From: the human T2T-CHM13v2.0 reference genome, Homo sapiens
Direction: 5' to 3' (one strand)
Length of the DNA stretch: 64,000 bases
Assembly: GCF_009914755.1 (NCBI RefSeq)
Contig: NC_060928.1
The notes beneath the pieces are model-generated. The model saw only the letters and a list, made by a program, of their open reading frames with translations, was not told the origin of the DNA and searched no databases. Both the position numbers and the translations under genes were made by a program. Below, piece by piece: positions 55,381-64,000 of the stretch (its first letter is position 1; each line of letters opens with the position of its first letter).

Positions 55381-55850
55381 GATGTACATATTTTGGGGTA
55401 CATGTGATAATTTAATACATCCATATCTGTTTAAAGATCAAATCAGTTTAATTGAGATGTCTGTCACCTTAAATATCTGTCTTTTCTTTATGCTAGGAAC
55501 ATTGGCAATAATTCTCTTCTAGCATTTTGAAATTTATAACAGTTTATTGTGAACTATATTTACCCTACTGATCTATCAAACACCATGTCTTATTTCTTCT
55601 ATCAAATTGTTTGTTGGTCCCCATTAATCAACCTCTTTTCATTTCCCATCTGCCCTACCCTTCCCAGCCTTGGTAACCAATCCACTCTATATTTTCATAA
55701 GCTACAGTATTTTAGCCCCTATATATGAGTGAAAATATGTAATATTTTTCTTTTTGTGTTTAGCTTATTTCATTTAACATAATGACCTCCAGTTTCACCC
55801 ATGCTGCTGCAAATGATAGGATTTCTATTTCATTGTTTGTATAGGCCACA
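55381..55850 (-). mobile_element. L1MA 3' end fragment
   Basis: gtacatattttggggtacatgtgata, cttatttcatttaacataatgacctccag. Confidence 0.85.
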
Positions 55851-56287
55851 TAGAAAAAGTTTTTATAAGCTCATTGACACTCATATAAATTTATTTGAGA
55901 GATAAAAAGATTCCGTGTTAGATATTCAAAATAAATAGTAGATGTATTTGATGTCAAATAGGGGATCATTCATTATAGAATCAAATAAGATACAAAAAGG
56001 CCAAGAAACATGGAAATGCATAATGGGCTGTGAGAACAGTGAGTAATGTTATTTTGGTTTTGTTAAAGTGTAGACTTTGTGCGTTTGTATATGAGTGTCT
56101 GCCTTTTGTGTTAATGTGTGTGTTTGTTGAAGGGGTGGTTGCTGGTGGCTGGTGACAGGAAAGAACGCCAGAAATGCATTCCGGGGATCCTGAATGTTTC
56201 ATGAGTCAGGTTAAAGAATTTGGACTTTATTGCATAGACAATGGCAAGGAATAAAAGTATTTTAGGACGGCTCAATTTAATGTGGTA

Positions 56288-56593
56288 CAGTGGCCCTAAG
56301 TATCCATAGGGGGATCGGCTCCAGGGTGTCCCCGTCCCCCTAGAGGATAACATGTCTGTGAATGCCCAAGTCCTTGATATAAAATGGTGTGTTTTTATAT
56401 AACCTATGTACATTCTACTGTGTACTTTTAAATCTTCTCTAGATTATGCATATTATCTAATCTAATATAAATTATGTGTAAATAGTTGTTATATTTCTAA
56501 TAGATATTCATTTTTATTATTGCTTTGTATCTTTCCAATCCAAGATGGGTTGAATTTGCAGATGTGAAAATTGCATATAAGGAAGGCTGATGG
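56288..56593. mobile_element. MER2 (TcMar-Tigger)
   Basis: ta-cagtggccctaagtatccataggggga...caagtccttgatataaaatgg...gtgtaaatagttgtta. Confidence 0.85.
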
Positions 56594-59574
56594 TATAACT
56601 ATTAAAAACAAACAAAAACACAAAATTGACTAATATTCATAGATTTTCAGATATAGAGGAACTACCCGATAGACAGTTAAGAAAAAGTCATTACCTAGAA
56701 AAACATTATATCACTTACTCTAACAAGATGCATCCACTAACTTACCTTGGGTTCTCCAAAGACAAAGACTAGCAGGTTCTAGTAAAAAGGTTAGGAGACC
56801 AGTAGTTTAAATAAAAGGAAAGGAAACCACTTTATGAACATAGTTATTGAGTTGGCCACCACTGCAGGTGCCTAGTGCCCAGTCTCACAGGTAGGTCAGA
56901 GAAGCATTATGCATCTCAAAACTATTTTCCCAGGAGACAATAAGTGAAAGAATGTATCCCTTGACTTCTTTCTCCCATTGGTCAAGGTTGGTTCCTCAGG
57001 CGTTAACTCTGCTGCACTTGTATGCTGCTTGTGCTAGAATGTGAAAGAATTCCTGCAGATGTAACACACACCACAGTGTTAGAGAAGCCATGGTATGGGA
57101 ATTGAGAAGCACTAGGTACAGGTCTTAGTAGTGGCAAAGTCAAATCTCAACTGTAAGTGACTGGTCAAAGCCTGATTGAAACTTATTACCAGAACAGTGG
57201 CCAACAAGAGTCATCCCATAATCCCACATATCGCTATTGTAAAAAGGTAATTGAAAAAAAGGTCTCTTTATTTTTATACTAGCTGGATGTCTGATAGAAA
57301 TTATATAAATAAGACAAATTCCTGACGAATTTTTCACTTTTCCACCAAATGCCGACACAGCCTCACATATGCACATGTTTTGTCTTATAAGCATACGGTC
57401 ACAACAATTCGAATACAAATCTCAGCTTACTAGCAAGGTGAAACACATGCTTTCTTTTTCCAGTTCAGGAGTAACATTGGCCTAAATGAGGGTTTTGGGC
57501 TGGAAAATCCTGGTGTTCCTTAAGCATGTTTTCCGTGTTGACTTTATCTCAACAGATGATCTTTCTGCCTGGACATCGATAATTCAGTTTCTCTCCTTTT
57601 CCCACTAATGGGTTTTCATTTTAATCTTTTTCCAGAAATCATCAATGTACCTGTCAGGCAGTGTTTAAGAAAGTGTTTGTCAAGATATCTAAAGTTATTA
57701 CAATTTTCCTTTTTTCACATGGAAGGAAAAGAAGTTTTTTGGGAATATTAAAAAGAGAGTTGATTCATGTGGAAAGGTCATTCCTATGAGAACCAAGAAG
57801 ACTCATCTTCCTTGAATGCTCATGAATCCTTATAAAAAGAACTGAAACTGCTCTTTTCAAATGCAATTATTATTTAATTGAAATAGCCTGTTTAGTTGGA
57901 TGGCAATTTAGATACATGTAACTTTCTTGATTTTCAAGCTTACGGTGAACCCCATTTATCCTTTGAAGTATTTATTTCCTTATTGCATGTTAGAGAGAGA
58001 TTTCAACACAGATTTGCCAAAAGTATTATAAATTTATCTCCATTGTTAACAGATTGTAAAATGAAGAAGTAGGTGGTCTCATTATGTATTTTTATTTTCA
58101 GTATTGACAACAGAATATCTAAATATGCTATGTTGCAACTACAGAAAACATAACAGCAATAGTAAAAAAAAAAAACAACAAAACTGTCATTTGACTGCTG
58201 TCTAGAAAGCAGACCATATCAGAGAACAGCTGTCAGAATATATCTTGCTATAAGACTATTTCAATTGTCAATAAATTTCATAAAATTGGTTACAACCACT
58301 GCACTGAATTCTGTACTGCTCATGTCATTTGAGAAATTGTGCAAAAAAATAGATAGTACATTTTACACTTGACTACCATTCAGCTACTTCCAAACCATCA
58401 CTTGTGCAATATTTATATCTTTTAATGCAATAGATTTAATGCAGTGCAATTCCAGTTATGTCTAAAGCTCTTGTCATATTCGGCATAACATGTGATTTTT
58501 TTTCTCTTTTTTTTTTTTATTCCCCAGAAAAGATCAAAAGCACAACAAATGTATTCAAAGAAGAGCTTTTTGAATGCCTCACCTTAAAACCTCGCTACTC
58601 CCATAGTGGATAATCTCCAATTTCACTCCACCGCCATGGTAGCAAAAATTGAGTCTTTTTACATTCTTCAAAGGAATTCTAACAGCCCTCTTTTTAACTT
58701 TGATTCTTTATGTTTGTACTTGGTTTTATAGTCAAGGAAGAGCAGCAATCCTCTTATAGTCTGGCTAAATCCTATAATAAAGATTATAATATAATTTAAT
58801 AAGCTTAATATTATATTTTGATAAAATAGATAACACTTTTTTTCTAGTGGAAATACCTATGTTTTACACATATTAGAATAAAAATATGATATACTCAATA
58901 TAATCCATCTATACAATTTTTATACATTAAATATTGAATAGATTAAATGCAAGGAAATTATTGTAAGTCATAGATTTGTGCAATCACCACTACAACTTGG
59001 ATAAGCATATCATATTCAGGCGAAAGACTAGGTTTGCCTGCTGTGTGTTATCATGCAATCTATGCTTTGACACCTCCAACACTCTTGTATCAGTCAATTT
59101 TCTGTAGTGCTAGGTAGAGGTGATGCTAATTTAAATTGGTTCACCGTTGCTATAAAGAAATAAGCTGTGTATAAACATTCCTGAAAATAGTTACTACATG
59201 GTCACTATTTGCTTCATTTTGGTCATCTACCCCACTAAATTGAATAATTAAGAAACTAAAATAGATTTAGTGTTAGACCTCAGTTATCTACCTTTTTACA
59301 AGTATATGACTTGAATAAAATTTTCCTTTTTTAAAATCTTGTATTTTCAATTGTTCAGCATTGTATCAATAATAAAAATTAAAATAATATTTTTTGAGTT
59401 TTTACTGTGCACCAAGGACTGTTACAAATAGATTAAATATACAATGAATCACAACACATTAGGTATACAACCTTTATGTCTTTGGCAATGTATTACTTCT
59501 TTAAATACAGTCATAAAAATGCATAACTCTTTGCAGACAAACATATTTCTGTGCATCTGCCTCTTAGATTTATA

Positions 59575-59810
59575 ATGAAAGGCTTTGAAATCAGTAAATC
59601 TGAGTTAAAATTTTGAAGCTCCAATTTACTACCCATATTTTCCTGAGCATGCTACTTAAACTGAGTCTGTATCTTTATTTATAAAATGTATATGTGAAAG
59701 TATGTGTCTGACACTTATCCTACAGATTAGTTACAGAATTCAACCTATGAAAGTATATAATGTCTTTAATACATAGCTTGCCCCATCATAATCAATAAAT
59801 AATTGGAAGC
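59575..59810 (+). mobile_element. MIR
   Basis: ggctttgaaatcag...ctacttaa...tttataaaatg core-like sequence; diverged. Confidence 0.55.
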
Positions 59811-62800
59811 TACTAAAACTTGTTTTCATTCATTGTTTCATTTGTTTATACACAACTTTAAAGTGCTGTAGTTTTCACTTTTTAGGATGTTGCTTCTCTG
59901 CCAATCTGACATTTTTTTGAAATTTATATATAATTTTTTGAAATACTCATAATTTAAGAGGGAAAATTACACACATTTTCACAATGATTATTTGATGTCC
60001 TTGTTTAAATAAGCTGTTTGTTGCCACCAATAGGAATCATATTTACTGCTATAGAATAAGAATCATATCTTCTATCCTTTTTCCTATTCCTGTTCTTATA
60101 CCCTATTCCTATGCATGCAATAAGAATCATATCTCCTGCTTTCTATATCACTCGCATTTTATAACTTATTTCTTAGTATATTCTTCTAGTACTTATTTTT
60201 TCTCTGATCAATCTGTTTGATGCTATTCCACATTAGTTAACTATACAGTCATATGGGCAACTAGCTGTCTTATTTCTTCCTACCTATTGTAACTAATAAG
60301 CATTTAATTAATTTTGACTGTTTTGAAGGAAGTGTCATTGTATGCCAACAAAGATATGGAATCTAAATCCAAGTTTTGAACATTCTATTTGAAATTACAA
60401 CATTAAGAATGGTTTTGACATAAGTGTTATAGATCAGCAAAAGGTCACATGAGTTTGTAGGACTCTCCCAAGAATATCAAAGGTTTGGCAACTTACTTAG
60501 AATTTCACAATATTTTCAAATATGCAATGTATTTAGGTACTGCTACATATTTTTATTTACTTATTTTAAAATTATAAAGCTAATTATTTTAATAGAGTCC
60601 AAATGTTTTGAGTGAGGTTATTACTTCTGTATATTTTGAGACTCGAAATAAAATAATTTGTTGTCTCACTAATAAAGGAGAGGTGGAGGCATAGTGAAAA
60701 CACAGCCTTAAAATATTGCAGGAAAAGTTCTGCTGGAATTTATTAAAACTAGATTGTAGATTGGGGGCTATATTTTGTGCAGACGTAGCAATCAATGATG
60801 CTTAAACTTGAGAATTAGATATACCTGTGGAAAAAAAATCAACTCTTAACTGATGCTATTTCTTCAACTTTACCATGGAAAAATAATTTCTACATTTTGC
60901 TCATAGTCAAAATTCATGAAATAATATACAAAAAACATACATAAAAGCAATAAATAGAATATATTTTTGTTCTTCAAATTTGAAAAGTTTCCAGCTGCAA
61001 CTATATAGAGATTAGCTTAACATTTTAGTGAGTTCATTAGTTTTATGTAATAAACATTTTATTTTTATTTCTTTTGTCTGACGTGCTATGCTTGCCAGGG
61101 AATATTAAGCTACTTCTTATTACTTTATATTTCATAGATATCTTCCTTTTTCACAATTTGAATGTTTTTAATTCTATGCCAAAAATAAAGCAAATACTTA
61201 ATAGTCACCCTAACATCTTTGCCTTTATGGTTATATTTGATGGACTTTTAGCCCTAAATCAATTGAATGCTAATTCAAATTGATAAATGTGCTTATAAAA
61301 TTTTTAGAGATCTTTAATATCCTCAAAGCTCATGGTTAGAAATCTTATGAGATTTCTCACATGGAATAATTAAAACATTATTGTCCATTTAAATATGCTT
61401 TATTCAAATAATGTTTGGTAAGAAAACATTCAATAAGTCTCTACTACATACCCAAAATCTTCCTTATAATAAGAGGAATATAAAGTTAAGCCAAACAATG
61501 TCCCTGCAAAGTATGATTATATTTTGACTACAGAGAAAGGGAAGTACCAAAAATACTTATAACACAAGGAAGAATGAAATAAGAATTATTGTTGAATTCT
61601 AAAAAAAAAAAAAAATACAGTGAGAATACAGAAAAAAAAAAAGTTGTGTTAATTTGCCCAAGAAAAATGGCACTTCAGTTGGACCTAAAGAATGAGAAAG
61701 ACTTCAAGAGCAACAATAACAACAAAATAGTAAAGAAGAAAACTCCCAGGGTAGATGGGTAAAGAAATCACATTATGCCGAGAGCTTACTAACTCCTATG
61801 GTACAGGAGCTGTCCCTACCTATTAGAGTTAAATTGTAAAAAGAGTTTACTTATGTGTTACAGACTAGACTATAGACTAGACAGAAAAATCAATGTTGTT
61901 TGTGTAGAAAGCGGTTACTGTTGTTGTTATGCTTTATGAAGTCAAATGGAGCAAGATTGAATAAGAAGTATAAGTGTGTAAGGAGACGTGTGAAGAATGT
62001 AGGTGTGAAGAAGCAAAGAAAGAAAGAAGGAACACTATTGCTTTTAATAAGCAATAGTGAGTTCTTTAGGAAAATAATGAATTAGAAATATGGAAGAAAA
62101 ATGCATGCTGTTAGTACTCTGAGAAATAGAGTAACTAGGAGCAATCAGGTTATATAATATAGAAGTGGTTTTACAATTTTTTTTTTAGTTTTGTTTTCCT
62201 TTAAAACTAACTTGAATTTGCCACTGATAAAAATACCTGCTCTACACATAGCAGTCATTTCAATGTTCCCACCTGAGATGACAATCTTTAGAAACATATA
62301 TTTCATCTTCAGGACTTATATTGTAGTGCCTTGTAATTTTGCCCATCTGTTTCCATGGCATACGGCCTACTCAAGGATTGGTAGGACCCTTGGCAGCACT
62401 GGCAGCAGCCTGAGGAGCTAGGTAATATGAAGTTTAAGCAAGGCATCTTGCAGAATTTTCCTTACAACATCTGTGAAGTTGGAAGAGCACAGGGAAGTCT
62501 ATCTTTTCTGACAGCTTTGCCACATTGACTCCACATGTCTCTGTACATTTTGTGACACCTGTTCTTGCTGGTGTGCCAAAAGATAGGATTTTTTTTAAAA
62601 AAGCTAACTCTTCCAAATTTACGGTCTGTCTACAAATGCATATATACTAATCAGTGGCAGAGTCACTTGGGAAATCAAGCAGTTCACATAGGTTTTATCA
62701 TTTCTGTTTCTTGTATCTTATATGTTACATTGTGTGTGAAAAACTTTCCCTTATATGTATTTTACTATGTGTCTTATATATATCTTATATATCAACCATG

Positions 62801-63088
62801 ACATAAGACATAAGGGAAAGGACAAAAACACTGAGATGCAGATATATTTTCAATTAACAGAAGGTATTCTCATAGTAAATTAATGAGAATGAATAAGTGA
62901 AAATGAATATTTTAATTATGAAACGAAAGTAGATTAAGTAACTGCAAATACAGATTTTTAAAAATTTTGATTAATTGCATTAATGTTTATTAGTGTGAAG
63001 ATTTTATTTATTACATAAGTTTAATTTGGTTACATATTAACAATAATAGAAGAATAATACCTGTCCCCATGGAGAAGAAAACCAACAA

Positions 63089-63094
<6 letters not shown>

Positions 63095-63124
<30 letters not shown>
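63095..63124. repeat. (AC)15 microsatellite
   Basis: Read directly. Confidence 0.95.
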
Positions 63125-63127
<3 letters not shown>

Positions 63128-63274
63128 ATTCTTGAAGAAGTGTCATATTTTCAGAATTGGAAAAAAAACACTAACAAAATCAAATCAACAGTCTTAATAT
63201 AAACTCTAAGGCAAGAAAAATAAGAAAAATTATTTTGAGCCTTTTAATATTAGTATATTTAATATTTTAGTTCT

Positions 63275-63360
63275 AAAATCCCATTTTATAATTCAGGAAA
63301 TTGAGGTACAGATAAGTATAAGTAAGTGTCAATAACACTTTCAGGGGACAAGTATTTAGT
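63275..63360 (-). mobile_element. MIR core fragment
   Basis: atcccattttata...ggaaattgaggtacaga. Confidence 0.55.
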
Positions 63361-64000
63361 GCAAGAGAGAAGGAAGTTGTAGCTTCTTTCTCAAAAGTGA
63401 AGCAGCACTTCTCTTTTCCCTTTTAACTTGATATTACATCATTGATAGATGCTGGGAGACTCATACAAAAATAAGTTTTCTCAAAAAAGAATTTAATTAT
63501 CACACATTACCTATACATAATAACCTAACAGCATAATTTCTACTTAACTGTAATACTGAGATCAGAAACTCAAAAAAATTTAAAAATTCTTTTCAATATT
63601 ATAAACAATTTCATTTAATTATTCATTAGGCAATTAAAAACAGTATCACATTTTTGGAAAAATAAATAGTTACACAATTAGAAAAAATTTCAGGTGATCA
63701 ACTGTGTTTAAGCATATAGCAAATCTTAATATATTGGCTTTATTTTTTCATGTTTAAAACATGTTTTAAATATAGATTTAACTTAGAATCCATTATATTT
63801 TATTTGTTTTAGAATATTAAAATATCACAATTATTATTTGTTTCTGTATTTTCCATATTTTGGGGTTACATCTGACTTATTTTGTATTTTATATGCTTTT
63901 TTCAAAAACATTTTCTCATCATTGATTGCTTTAATTTTATCACTGAAAAGTATGCAAATGTGTTGGAAAGTTTAACCTAAAAGTATCTTACTCCTAAGAC

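Noticed and set aside
57440-58530. Several polypyrimidine-AG acceptor-like sites on the plus strand in repeat-poor DNA
   Set aside because: Common by chance in T-rich sequence; no convincing paired donors or reading frame.

Overview
AT-rich, gene-poor primate (human-like) genomic DNA, either intergenic or deep intronic. I find no credible protein-coding gene, RNA gene or CpG island. The ORF-track entries are Alu/L1/MaLR-derived or chance frames. The window is a layered record of transposable elements: 14 Alus (12 on the minus strand), several L1s, three LTR-internal-LTR MaLR proviruses, solo ERV LTRs (MER11, LTR8-, MER50-, MER34-like), DNA transposon remnants and microsatellites. Family names come from my recall of consensus sequences, not a database search. 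I do not see a new multi-gene system. The most unusual signal is a cluster of template-switch-like scars at about 20.1-22.2 kb. It includes an AluY carrying an exact 52-bp copy of the THE1 integration junction 1.46 kb downstream, a 36-bp-arm fold-back hairpin with a tandem duplication in its loop, and one target site used by both an internally deleted L1 and an Alu.
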